Program-made: the position numbers and the translations under genes
NCBI GenBank assembly: GCA_026399375.1
Contig: JAPLRD010000036.1
Location: 2,078 to 66,077, forward strand
Origin: Pseudomonadota bacterium
GTDB taxonomy: Bacteria; Pseudomonadota; Gammaproteobacteria; Burkholderiales; SG8-39
Direction of reading: 5' to 3'
DNA: 64,000 nt
Notes under the pieces: generated by a model
Database searches by the model: none
What the model was told of the DNA's origin: nothing
What the model saw: only the letters and a program-made list of their open reading frames with translations
Part shown: positions 1 through 13,698 of the stretch, piece after piece
Layout of the letters: each line of letters begins with the position of its first letter
Position numbering within the stretch: the first letter of the stretch is position 1

Positions 1-296
1 TGAGAATGGATGATTTCCGCATCATCTGGAAGAGCCGAAATTTCCCGCCGGGCGGGCTGTCGATGGCGCACGATCTCGCACCCGCTCTGCAAAAGAAGAT
101 CCGCGACTGCACCTACAGCTATCGCTACTCGCCGGAGATGGTGCGCGGTTTCCAGGGCGCCGACCGCTGGCTGCCGATAGACTACAAGCAGGACTGGGAA
201 CTGATCCGCCGCGTAGCGCAGGACAGCGGCCAGGCATTTACGCGCACCGCGTTCGAGCGCGAAAAAGCGCGCGCCGAAGCAACGACCAGAAAATGA
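1..296 (+). CDS. phnD: Phosphonate/phosphite-type ABC transporter substrate-binding protein, C-terminal fragment (5' end outside window)
   Basis: The reading frame is open to the window edge (ORF track 6..296). The tail DDFRIIWKS...LAPALQKKIRD resembles PhnD-family binding proteins. It lies directly upstream of phnC. Confidence 0.7.
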   Translation, partial: RMDDFRIIWKSRNFPPGGLSMAHDLAPALQKKIRDCTYSYRYSPEMVRGFQGADRWLPIDYKQDWELIRRVAQDSGQAFTRTAFEREKARAEATTRK

Positions 297-348
297 GCAA
301 GAAATTTCAGCGCGGGCACCGGTCCGCACAGCATAGAGAATTCAATCG

Positions 349-1113
349 ATGAACCAAGGCGCCGCCCTCTCCATCCGCAACCTGTCCAAGGAATACGTCC
401 GCGGCAAGCCGGTTCTGCGCGATATCAGCCTGGACGTCTCGGATCAGGGCATCACCGCCATCATCGGCCCCTCGGGCACGGGCAAGTCGACCCTGATCCG
501 CTGCATCAACCGGCTGGTCGAGCCGACTTCGGGCGAGATCATGTTCGAAGGCGCGGACATGGTGAAACTCGACCGCCGCGGGCTGCGCCTGGCGCGGCGC
601 CACATAGGCATGGTGTTCCAGGAGTACAACCTGGTGGAACGGCTGACCGTGATGGAAAACCTGCTGTGCGGGCGCCTGGGCTATGTGGCGCCGCTCAAGG
701 CCTGGCTGCGCAAATATCCGCCGCAGGACATCGCGCGGGCGTTCGAATTGCTGGACGTGGTGGGCCTGGCCGATTTCGTCAACCAGCGCGCCGACAGCCT
801 CTCCGGCGGGCAGCGCCAGCGCGTGGGCATCGCGCGCGCGCTCATGCAGGAACCGAAGCTGCTGCTCGCGGACGAGCCGACGTCTTCGCTCGATCCGAAG
901 ACCTCGGTCGAAATCATGAGCCTGATCCGAGACCTGTGCCGGCAACACGCGATTCCGGTCATGATCAACATGCACGACGTGGAACTGGCGCGGCGCTTTG
1001 CCGACCGCGTCCTCGGCATGTCGCAGGGAACGGTGGTCTACGACGGCCCCCCGGAGGGCTTGTCGGATGAACAGCTTAAAACGATCTACGGCGGACAGGA
1101 CTGGCTGCATTGA
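349..1113 (+). CDS. phnC: Phosphonate ABC transporter ATP-binding protein
   Basis: Walker [10 protein letters not shown], signature LSGGQRQRV, Walker B LLLADEP and H-loop NMHDV are present. The N-terminus ([18 protein letters not shown]) is PhnC-like. Confidence 0.92.
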   Translation: MNQGAALSIRNLSKEYVRGKPVLRDISLDVSDQGITAIIGPSGTGKSTLIRCINRLVEPTSGEIMFEGADMVKLDRRGLRLARRHIGMVFQEYNLVERLTVMENLLCGRLGYVAPLKAWLRKYPPQDIARAFELLDVVGLADFVNQRADSLSGGQRQRVGIARALMQEPKLLLADEPTSSLDPKTSVEIMSLIRDLCRQHAIPVMINMHDVELARRFADRVLGMSQGTVVYDGPPEGLSDEQLKTIYGGQDWLH

Positions 1114-1135
1114 AGACTAACGAAGGATTTCGATC

Positions 1136-2629
1136 ATGAAATTCCGTACCGCACTCATCGCCCTTGTTTCCTGCCTGTTGTCCGCCTGCGCCGGTCTGCC
1201 ACCCGGTGCGGGCGGGTTGGAGAGAATCGAGCACATCGTCGTGATCTATGCGGAGAACCGCAGCTTCGACCATCTCTACGGCCTGTTCCCCGGCGCAAAC
1301 GGCATCGCCGATGCAACCGCGGAGCAGAAGACGCAGCTCGACCACGACGGCAAGCCCCTGCCGCATCTGCCGCCGGTGTACACGGCGCAGGGCAAAGCGG
1401 ACGCGCGCTTTCCGCAGAAGCTGCCGAACGGGCCGTTTCGCATCGACGCGCCGCCGGTTGGCGCGCGCATCGACCAGGTGCTGCCGAGCCCGATCCACAA
1501 TTTCTGGCAGAACCGGGAGCAGATCAACGGCGGCGCCAACAATATGTTCGTCGCCATGACCACGGTTGGTGCCTGGGCGATGGCCTACTACGACGGCTCG
1601 GCCATGAAAATGTGGCAGTGGGCGCGCGATTACACCCTGGCCGACAACTTCTTCCAGGCCGCGCTGGGCGGTTCCTTTCTCAATCACCAATGGCTGGTGT
1701 GCGCGTGCACGCCGACGTTTGCCGACGCGCCCGCTTCGATGCGCGCGCAACTGGACGAACAAGGCAGGCTGAAGAAGCGTCCGGGCTCGCCCGCATCGGT
1801 TCTGGACGGGCCGGTGCAGGTGTTCGACGGCCAGGTCACGCCAGACGGATACGCCGTCAACACCTCGCAGCCGCCATACCAGCCCAGCGGCGCACCGCCG
1901 GCCGCTGGCGGCAGCGCCGAGCTTGCCGATCCGGCCAAGTATCCGGTGCCGCCGCAGACGCAGAAGACCATCGGCGATACGCTGTCGGCCAAAGGCGTTT
2001 CCTGGGCCTGGTACGGCGGCGCGTGGAACCGTGCGCTGGCCGATGGCCGGCGCGACGCGAAGGAAAAGCGCTCCGTCATCTACAACCGCGAGGCTGAAAG
2101 CCCGATGTTCCAGCCGCACCACCAGCCGTTGAACTACTACGCACGCTTTGCACCGGGCAGCCCGGATCGCGCGCAGCATCTCAAGGACGGCGACGAGTTT
2201 TTCGAGGCGATCGCCGCAGGCGCGCTGCCGCAGGTTGCGTTCTACAAGCCCGCGGGGCGGGTCAACCAGCACCCGAGCTATACCGATCTGAAAAGCGGCG
2301 ACGCGCACATCGCCGACCTGCTCGAGCGTCTGCAGCGAAGCCCGCTGTGGCCGAAGACGGCGGTGATCGTAACCTACGACGAAAACGGCGGCTTCTGGGA
2401 CCATGTCGCGCCGCCCGCAGGGCCCGGCTGGAGCGATCGCTGGGGCCCGGGCACGCGCATACCTGCAATCATCGTTTCACCCTACGCGCGCCGCGGCCAT
2501 GTCGATCACACCGCCTACGACACGACGTCCATACTCAAATTCATCACGCGGCGCTTCGGCCTCGAGCCCCTGCCCGGGGTGCGGGCGAACGTCGGCGACC
2601 TGACCAGCGCCTTCGATCTGGCGCGATGA
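1136..2629 (+). CDS. acpA: AcpA-like acid phosphatase / phospholipase C family phosphoesterase, predicted lipoprotein
   Basis: Signal peptide with lipobox LLSAC. The motif VVIYAENRSFDHLYG is typical of the phosphoesterase (AcpA/PlcN) family. 497 aa. Confidence 0.85.
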   Translation: MKFRTALIALVSCLLSACAGLPPGAGGLERIEHIVVIYAENRSFDHLYGLFPGANGIADATAEQKTQLDHDGKPLPHLPPVYTAQGKADARFPQKLPNGPFRIDAPPVGARIDQVLPSPIHNFWQNREQINGGANNMFVAMTTVGAWAMAYYDGSAMKMWQWARDYTLADNFFQAALGGSFLNHQWLVCACTPTFADAPASMRAQLDEQGRLKKRPGSPASVLDGPVQVFDGQVTPDGYAVNTSQPPYQPSGAPPAAGGSAELADPAKYPVPPQTQKTIGDTLSAKGVSWAWYGGAWNRALADGRRDAKEKRSVIYNREAESPMFQPHHQPLNYYARFAPGSPDRAQHLKDGDEFFEAIAAGALPQVAFYKPAGRVNQHPSYTDLKSGDAHIADLLERLQRSPLWPKTAVIVTYDENGGFWDHVAPPAGPGWSDRWGPGTRIPAIIVSPYARRGHVDHTAYDTTSILKFITRRFGLEPLPGVRANVGDLTSAFDLAR

Positions 2630-3318
2630 ACAGATTCTTGCGCCTGTTCTTTCTCACGGCGATCGCTCTGCTGGTTTCCACGGCAAGCGCCGCGGATGCC
2701 GCGCGACCCCGGGACAGGAACGTCCTTTGGAAGATCGTCAGCGCCTGCCTGGGCCCGGAGGATGCGGATTACTGCCAGCGCTGCATTTCGCCGCGGGCGG
2801 GCAGCGCGTGCGCCGGGAAGCAGCGCTGCGAGGATACTTCCGAACCGTGGGATACGAACGATGAGTTCGTCGCGATGCGCGATATCAAGATGTGCGCCTG
2901 CCCCGCCGGCTTCGTGCACGGCCTGGTCATTCCGCGCGCCGCGGTGAGCGGCGTCGAAGCGCGGCCGCTTCCTCAGGGCATCTGGCCGTTCGCCTGGGCG
3001 GCCGCACGCAAGAAGATCGACGATCCCGCGGCGATTGCACTGGTGGTGAATTCCGCGCGCCAGCGTGCGCAGGACCAGCTGCATGTGCATCTGGTGCGCC
3101 TGCGTGCCGACGCCCGCCGCAATCTGTCCGGAAGGACGACAAGCGTAGCCGGGCTGGAAGAAGTCTGGAACGCAGTCAGCAGGCTGGCCGCAGACAACCC
3201 GCCGCTGGACGACTATAGCGTGCTCGTCGCGAACGACCTCCACGGCGGTTACCTGGTGCTGATCGCCGGCAATGAGCGCAATCTGGAACGCAGCATGACG
3301 CACAGGACCTGCGAATGA
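2626..3318 (+). CDS. cdh: CDP-diacylglycerol pyrophosphatase
   Basis: Internal ATG at 2626 overlaps the acpA stop (ATGA). The N-terminus is hydrophobic (MNRFLRLFFLTAIALLV). The LWKIVSACL and QDQLHVHLVRL motifs are Cdh-like. Confidence 0.8.
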   Translation: MNRFLRLFFLTAIALLVSTASAADAARPRDRNVLWKIVSACLGPEDADYCQRCISPRAGSACAGKQRCEDTSEPWDTNDEFVAMRDIKMCACPAGFVHGLVIPRAAVSGVEARPLPQGIWPFAWAAARKKIDDPAAIALVVNSARQRAQDQLHVHLVRLRADARRNLSGRTTSVAGLEEVWNAVSRLAADNPPLDDYSVLVANDLHGGYLVLIAGNERNLERSMTHRTCE

Positions 3319-4121
3319 GCAAGGCAGCGCAAGCGAGCCCGTTCAATCGCAACGTGTGGACACGCGCCGGCTGGATCGCCCTCGCCGCCTACATCGTTTA
3401 CGCCGCGTCGCGCCTGGAGATCACCTGGGCGCGCTTCCTGGTCGGATTGGACAACGGGGTGAAGTTCATCGGCCGCATGCTGCCGCCGAACATCGCGCAG
3501 CCAGACAGCTTGTTGAAGGGACTCACCGAAAGCCTGGAGATCGCCATTCTCGCCTCCTGCCTCGGTATATTGATATCGCTGCCCATAGGCCTGCTGGCGT
3601 CGAGAAACCTGATGCCGGTGTGGGCCACCTGGCCGGCGCGCATGTGCATCGCGCTGTGCCGCTCGTTTCACCCGGTGATCGTGGCCATCCTGTTCGTCAA
3701 GGCGGTCGGCTTCGGCGCGCTCGCCGGCATCCTCGCACTCGTGGTGGCCTCGGTCGGTTTCATCGGCAAGCTGTTCGCCGAGGCGATCGAAGAAATCTCG
3801 CTCAAGCAGGTAGAGGCGGTGCGTGCCACCGGTGCGCCCTTCATGAATGTGATCACTTATGGCGTGCTGCCGCAGGTGTTCTCGCGCTTCATCGGCTTCG
3901 CCACCTATCAGCTCGACTCCAATCTGCGCAATTCCACCATGGTCGGCATCGTCGGCGCCGGCGGCATAGGCGGCACGCTGTTCGCCGCGTTCCAGCGTTT
4001 CGACTACGACTTCGTCTGCGCCATTCTGCTTTGCATCATCGGCATGATCATGGTCGGGGAGGTGCTCGCCGGCTGGGTGCGCGCGGTGTTCCTCGAACGG
4101 GGCAAGGTGGTAGGAGAGTGA
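3315..4121 (+). CDS. phnE: Phosphonate ABC transporter permease
   Basis: The start overlaps the cdh stop (ATGA). Multi-pass membrane protein with PhnE-like motifs EAVRATGA and NLRNSTMVGIVGAGGIG. Confidence 0.9.
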   Translation: MSKAAQASPFNRNVWTRAGWIALAAYIVYAASRLEITWARFLVGLDNGVKFIGRMLPPNIAQPDSLLKGLTESLEIAILASCLGILISLPIGLLASRNLMPVWATWPARMCIALCRSFHPVIVAILFVKAVGFGALAGILALVVASVGFIGKLFAEAIEEISLKQVEAVRATGAPFMNVITYGVLPQVFSRFIGFATYQLDSNLRNSTMVGIVGAGGIGGTLFAAFQRFDYDFVCAILLCIIGMIMVGEVLAGWVRAVFLERGKVVGE

Positions 4122-4930
4122 ATACCGCATTGCAGTCAGTGGAAATAAAAACCTGGCAGCGCTTCACGCCGGCGCAGCGCCTGGCGCGCTTTGCCGTCTA
4201 CCTCGCACTGGTCGTCGCGGTCGTGGCCTCGGCGCAGACGGTGGAGATCATTCCGGAATTTCTCTACGACGCGCCGGAGCAGATGCAGGACCTGCTCACG
4301 CGCATGTGGCCGATCGCCTTCTATCACTATCCGCAGGGCGTGCACGACGCGCTCATGGACACCCTGCACATTGCCTCGCTAGGCACCATCCTCGCGGTGG
4401 TCATGGCGCTGCCGATCGGCCTCATGGCGGCGAACAACGTCACCCCGAGCAAGCCGCTCAATTATTTCGCCAAGCTGCTGCTGGTCTCCAGCCGCTCGGT
4501 CAATTCCCTGGTGTGGGCGCTCTTGTTCGTCGCCGTGTTCGGTCCCGGCGCGCTCGCCGGGACGCTGGCGATCGCGTTTCGTTCCATCGGCTTCGTCGGC
4601 AAGCTGATCGGCGAGGCGCTGGAGGAGGCCAACCGCGGCCCTATCGAAGCGCTGCAGGCCGCGGGCGCGCCCTGGCTCTCCGTGCTGACCAAGGGCTACT
4701 GGCCGCAGGTCGAACCCGCGTTCTGGTCGGTGGTGCTGTTCCGCTGGGACATCAACGTGCGCGAGTCGGCGGTACTGGGTCTGGTCGGCGCCGGCGGCAT
4801 AGGCATGGCGCTGGACACCGCGCTGAACCTGTTTCAGTGGGACCGCGTGGCAACGGTGCTGTTCGCCATTTTCGCGGTGGTGATCGTAGCCGAGGTCATC
4901 GTAACTTTCATACGCAAGCGTGTGATTTGA
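4118..4930 (+). CDS. phnE: Phosphonate ABC transporter permease, second copy
   Basis: GTG start at 4118 overlaps the stop of the first phnE (GTGA). Motifs EALQAAGA and NVRESAVLGLVGAGGIG are present. The upstream part of track ORF 3356..4930 is out of frame relative to the first phnE. Confidence 0.88.
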   Translation: MNTALQSVEIKTWQRFTPAQRLARFAVYLALVVAVVASAQTVEIIPEFLYDAPEQMQDLLTRMWPIAFYHYPQGVHDALMDTLHIASLGTILAVVMALPIGLMAANNVTPSKPLNYFAKLLLVSSRSVNSLVWALLFVAVFGPGALAGTLAIAFRSIGFVGKLIGEALEEANRGPIEALQAAGAPWLSVLTKGYWPQVEPAFWSVVLFRWDINVRESAVLGLVGAGGIGMALDTALNLFQWDRVATVLFAIFAVVIVAEVIVTFIRKRVI

Positions 4931-5070
4931 CGCGCGGCGGCGCGAAAATCGGCCATGGAATCGGTCCGGTGACCGACGGCGCAGGCGGGAATCCGGTCTT
5001 TTCTGCCGGCCGGGCCCGCCGCTGCGGTTTGGCCGGCGGGATTACCTCCGGCCAGGGACTCCCGACCATG

Positions 5071-5130
5071 ATCTATTTAACATTAAATATCTGGTTTAAC
5101 TTGTTGTGTTTATATTAAAAATATTGTACC
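5071..5130 (+). promoter_or_regulatory. AT-rich putative promoter/UP region upstream of the Ig-like lipoprotein gene
   Basis: About 60 nt of strikingly AT-rich sequence (atctatttaacattaaatatctggtttaacttgttgtgtttatattaaaaatattgtacc) in an otherwise GC-rich window. A 6-bp stem with a GGGA tetraloop (5130-5145) follows, in the likely 5' UTR. Confidence 0.3.
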
Positions 5131-5186
5131 GTTGCGGGAGCAACGCCATATTTGGCTCAGGCGCTACGTGTGAACGGGAGGTTTGC

Positions 5187-7160
5187 GTGCATAAATACTT
5201 CATTCAGAATCTTTTCGGCCGGAATATTTCGGGACTCGCAACGTCGTTGTTTCTCGCGACGGCAATGGCCGTCCTCGCAGGTTGCGGCTCCGGACAGGCG
5301 ATTCCTTCAATCCCACTGCCCGCGACCTCAAGTACCGCCGGGCCGGTGCCTGCGACCATCCAGTTGCTGACCAGCGCGACGCAGATGCCATCGGCCGGCA
5401 CCGTGACGATTGACTTGACCGTCATCGTGCTGGACGCTAGCAAGCAGACCATCAAAGGCAAGACGGTGACGATTTCTCCGGGGAGCGATCCGACCGCTTT
5501 CGTGAACAACTACAGCGAAGCCCCGGCCAGCGGCGGGGGCGGGGTAACCGACAAGAACGGCGTCGTCACCGCCAAACTCAATCTCGGCGGCAACAAGACC
5601 AACCGCACCATTACCCTTACCGCGTCTTCCGACTCGGCCAGCGTGACCAACACCATCGACGTCACCGGCACGACCATCGCCATCAGCGGCAATAGTTCCC
5701 TTGCGTCGGGTGCCAAGACCACCCTGACTTTCAGCGTCAAGGATTCAGCCGGAACGGCGATACAGGGCGCAGCCGTCACCGCGACATCGACGAATGGGAA
5801 TACTGTCGCACCGAGCAGCGCCGCCGGGACCACCAACAGTTCGGGCCAGATGTCCGCCGATATTACCGCCACCAAGGCCGGGAACGATGTGATCACCGTC
5901 ACCGCTGCGGGCGCCACCGCCACCCAGACGCTTACCATCAGCAGCGCCAGTTTTTCCTTTGCCACCCCGGCGGCAAATACCGAAATTCCCCTGACCGGCA
6001 CCCAGACGGTGACAGTCAACTGGTCGGATGTGCCCGCCCCGACCGGCCCGGTGAAATTTGCGATCAGCCGCGGAACCGCGGCCCCCGCCCAGCCTGCGCT
6101 TGTTGCGGGCAGCGCCAGCACAACCATATCTTCAACGGACGCCGGTCCGGCCATCATCACTGCCTCCGGTCTAAGCGGCACGCCAGCCGCCACCCTGGAA
6201 GTCATCTTCGTCGCGACCAGCGCAACCAAAGCCGCGTTGCAGGCCGTTCCCGGCACCGTTCAGGTGACCAGCGGATTGGCATCGCAGACCAACAACAGTT
6301 CGACGATCACGGTGCAGGTTCGCGATGATTCAAACAATCTGGTGAAGAACGCCGGCGTGAGTTTCAGCTTGACCGACGTCAGCGGAGGCAGGCTCACCTC
6401 CGCAACCGGGGTAACCGATATTTCCGGCAGCGCTTCCGTGACCTATATTGCGGGCGGCACCAGCAGCGCGCAAAACGGGGTGACAATCACCGCCACGGTC
6501 ACCGATATCAAAGGCGCCACGGGCGCCGCCACCTTCCCGTCGGGAGCGGTGACTGCCAGCGCGAATTTGACTGTCAGCGGACAGTCGCTGCAAGTCCGGC
6601 TGGGTACCGATAATCTGGTCGGCGCGGATGTGGTATCGAACGCATATATCAAGACCTACCTTGCCGTCGTTACCGACGCCGCCGGAAATCCCAGCGTCGG
6701 AACCAAGGTGAATTTTGTGCTGCGACCCGGTACGTACAGGAAAGGCGTATTCAGGTTTGGCACGACCGTCTGGACGCCGGTCCCCAGCACAGTACCGTCC
6801 TGTGCCAATGAGGACTTGAATTTCAACGGCTCTCTGGACCCGGGTGAAGGCCTGGTCGTGTGGCCTGCCGGAACGGCTGTTCCGAATCCGCTGCTTCCCG
6901 GAACGGTGGCTACGGTGAATGCCACCGCCACGACCGATGCATTCGGCATCGCCATCGCAACCATCGCCTATCCGAAGAACCACGCTTATTGGAATGACGT
7001 CACGCTGGAAGCGCGAACGTCGGTCACGAGCAACGACCCGCCGACCTCGACGACATTCAGCCTGCCCTATGCGGCGACTGACTACAACGACGCGTCGAAA
7101 TTGCCGCCGGGCGCGACCAGTCCGTACGGAACGGGGGTTTCCTGCTTCGATACCCTGTAA
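5187..7160 (+). CDS. Large surface/periplasmic lipoprotein with repeated bacterial Ig-like (Big_1/invasin-like) domains
   Basis: GTG at 5187 is preceded by GGGAG; the track ORF starts at 5106. Lipobox LAGC. There are multiple repeats of roughly 90 aa, rich in Thr/Ser/Ala, of the form ..TLTFSVKDSAGTAIQGAAVTATST.. and ..ITVQVRDDSNNLVKNAGVSFSL.. Confidence 0.75.
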   Translation: MHKYFIQNLFGRNISGLATSLFLATAMAVLAGCGSGQAIPSIPLPATSSTAGPVPATIQLLTSATQMPSAGTVTIDLTVIVLDASKQTIKGKTVTISPGSDPTAFVNNYSEAPASGGGGVTDKNGVVTAKLNLGGNKTNRTITLTASSDSASVTNTIDVTGTTIAISGNSSLASGAKTTLTFSVKDSAGTAIQGAAVTATSTNGNTVAPSSAAGTTNSSGQMSADITATKAGNDVITVTAAGATATQTLTISSASFSFATPAANTEIPLTGTQTVTVNWSDVPAPTGPVKFAISRGTAAPAQPALVAGSASTTISSTDAGPAIITASGLSGTPAATLEVIFVATSATKAALQAVPGTVQVTSGLASQTNNSSTITVQVRDDSNNLVKNAGVSFSLTDVSGGRLTSATGVTDISGSASVTYIAGGTSSAQNGVTITATVTDIKGATGAATFPSGAVTASANLTVSGQSLQVRLGTDNLVGADVVSNAYIKTYLAVVTDAAGNPSVGTKVNFVLRPGTYRKGVFRFGTTVWTPVPSTVPSCANEDLNFNGSLDPGEGLVVWPAGTAVPNPLLPGTVATVNATATTDAFGIAIATIAYPKNHAYWNDVTLEARTSVTSNDPPTSTTFSLPYAATDYNDASKLPPGATSPYGTGVSCFDTL

Positions 7161-7308
7161 TCGAGCCTAGTTCAGGCGGAGAAGCCTCGATCAGGGTTGC
7201 ATAGGCAAAGAGTGAGCTCGGTTCGCCGGGCTCCCTGAGCCGGACCGTAGCAAGGGCTTCTGCTACGCGTTCATTGCAGTTGCGGAATCGAGGTGCGTGC
7301 AACCGCAG

Positions 7309-8751
7309 CTAGCGCGGCAGTTCCGATGTTCCCATCAGGAATTCATCCACGGCGCGGGCGCACTGGCGCCCTTCGCGTATCGCCCACACAATGAGCGACT
7401 GACCGCGGCGCATGTCGCCGGCGGCAAATACCTTGGTGTTCGATGTCTGGTAGCAGCCGGCGCCATCGGTGTCCGCCTTGACATTACCGCGCGTGTCCCT
7501 GGCCAGACCGAGTTCCTCGATCAGCCCTTGCTGCACCGGACCGAGGAAGCCCATCGCCAACAGCACCAGGTCGGCTTTCAGTTCGAACTCGCTTCCGGCG
7601 ATCTCAACCATCTTGCCGTGCTTCCATTCGACGCGCACCGCCACCAGCTTGGTCACTTTGCCGTTCGCGCCCTCGAGGCGTTTGGTCGCCACGGACCAAT
7701 CGCGCGCGCATCCTTCCTCGTGCGAGCTCGAGGTGCGCAGCTTGATCGGCCAGTTCGGCCACACCATGGGCTTGTTCTCGTGTTCCGGCGGCTGCGGCAG
7801 CAGTTCGAACTGGGTCACCGACGCCGCGCCCTGGCGGTTCGAAGTGCCGACGCAATCCGAACCGGTGTCGCCGCCGCCTATGACCACCACATGCTTTCCT
7901 GTCGCCATGATCTGGCCGTCCACCTTGTCGCCGGCCACGGTCCTGTTTTGCTGCGGCAGAAACTCCATGGCGAAATGAACGCCTTGAAGCTCGCGCCCGG
8001 GAACAGGCAGATCGCGCGGATGCTCGGCGCCACCCGACACCACCACCGCATCGAATTCCTGCAGGAGTTTCTTCGCGGGCACCGCGTTCTTCGCCGTGCC
8101 GCCCACGCTCTGGCCCGCCCTGAACTCAACGCCCTCCGCGCGCATCTGTTCCACGCGCCGGTCGATCAGGTGCTTTTCCAGCTTGAAGTCGGGAATGCCG
8201 TAACGCAAAAGACCGCCGATCCGGTCGTTCTTCTCGTATAGCGCGACGTCGTGCCCGGCGCGAGCAAGCTGCTGTGCGCAGGCCATCCCAGCGGGACCGG
8301 AGCCGACGACCGCGACCTTCCTGCCGGTCTTGCGCGCGGGAGGGAGCGGCACCACCCAACCCATCTCCCAACCCTTGTCGATGAGCGCGTGCTCGATCGA
8401 CTTGATGCCCACGGCGTCGTTGTTGATGTTGAGCGTGCATGCGGCTTCGCACGGCGCCGGGCAGACGCGGCCGGTGAATTCGGGAAAATTGTTGGTCGAA
8501 TGCAGCGTCTCCAGCGCCTCGCGCCAGTTCTGCTTGTACACCAGGTCGTTCCAGTCCGGAATGATGTTGTTGACCGGGCAGCCGCTCATGCAGAACGGGG
8601 TACCGCAATCCATGCAACGCGCGCCCTGCACCGACGCCTGCTGGTCGGTCAGGTGATGGACAAATTCGCGGTAGTGCTTCTTGCGCGCCTCGGGGGCTTC
8701 GCTCCCCTCCTGCAGCCGCTGGAATTCCATGAAGCCGGTTATCTTGCCCAT
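7309..8751 (-). CDS. gltD: Glutamate synthase small subunit
   Basis: N-terminus [12 protein letters not shown], Fe-S cysteines ([18 protein letters not shown]) and dinucleotide fold [12 protein letters not shown]. 480 aa. Confidence 0.95.
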   Translation of the reverse strand: MGKITGFMEFQRLQEGSEAPEARKKHYREFVHHLTDQQASVQGARCMDCGTPFCMSGCPVNNIIPDWNDLVYKQNWREALETLHSTNNFPEFTGRVCPAPCEAACTLNINNDAVGIKSIEHALIDKGWEMGWVVPLPPARKTGRKVAVVGSGPAGMACAQQLARAGHDVALYEKNDRIGGLLRYGIPDFKLEKHLIDRRVEQMRAEGVEFRAGQSVGGTAKNAVPAKKLLQEFDAVVVSGGAEHPRDLPVPGRELQGVHFAMEFLPQQNRTVAGDKVDGQIMATGKHVVVIGGGDTGSDCVGTSNRQGAASVTQFELLPQPPEHENKPMVWPNWPIKLRTSSSHEEGCARDWSVATKRLEGANGKVTKLVAVRVEWKHGKMVEIAGSEFELKADLVLLAMGFLGPVQQGLIEELGLARDTRGNVKADTDGAGCYQTSNTKVFAAGDMRRGQSLIVWAIREGRQCARAVDEFLMGTSELPR

Positions 8752-8808
8752 TTAAATTGATCCAAAGTCCAGATTGGTTTTGATGGCATCTCAAACAATC
8801 CCAATTCT

Positions 8809-8888
8809 GTCATTCCGAGCAAAGCGAGGAATCTGCTTTTCATAGTAGGCAAGAAGCAGATTCCTCTGCCTACGGCCCCAGAATGACA
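8809..8888. repeat. REP/MITE-like imperfect palindromic element in the gltB-gltD spacer
   Basis: A perfect 13-bp stem, gaggaatctgctt (8826-8838) with aagcagattcctc (8854-8866), encloses a 15-nt loop. It is flanked by an outer pairing tgtcattc (8809-8816) with gaatgaca (8881-8888). Confidence 0.5.
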
Positions 8889-8920
8889 ATTTTTCGAGAT
8901 TTCCTTAAAGCTTTTTCCGT

Positions 8921-13552
<4,632 letters not shown>

Positions 13553-13698
13553 ACCTCTGGCTGCTGATTGACTCCGGACCGTCGCGGACGACGCCGCGAC
13601 TATTTTCCGGCGGAACCGTTGATTTTACCTGCGGACCACTGTCACTTCAAGCGCTTACGCGCCCTATGCTGGTGCACGGATGCGCTGGCACATCGGGG

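Noticed and set aside
3356-4117. Track ORF 3356..4930 suggesting a 524-aa fusion protein
   Set aside because: The first 254 codons are out of frame over the first phnE and read as Arg/His-rich nonsense. The PhnE-like sequence begins at the GTG at 4118, which overlaps the upstream stop.
7161-7308. Possible bidirectional terminator between the Ig-like lipoprotein gene and gltD
   Set aside because: Only weak stems are present (5-bp tcgag/ctcga; a 9-bp stem with one G-U and a 15-nt loop), and no U-tract occurs in either orientation. That is not enough to call a terminator.
13581-13607. Hairpin gtcgcgg-acgacg-ccgcgac followed by tattttcc, resembling an intrinsic terminator
   Set aside because: The U-tract is on the plus strand, where no gene ends. 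The region is the gltB 5' leader / aroB 3' region on the minus strand, and in that orientation no U-tract follows the stem.
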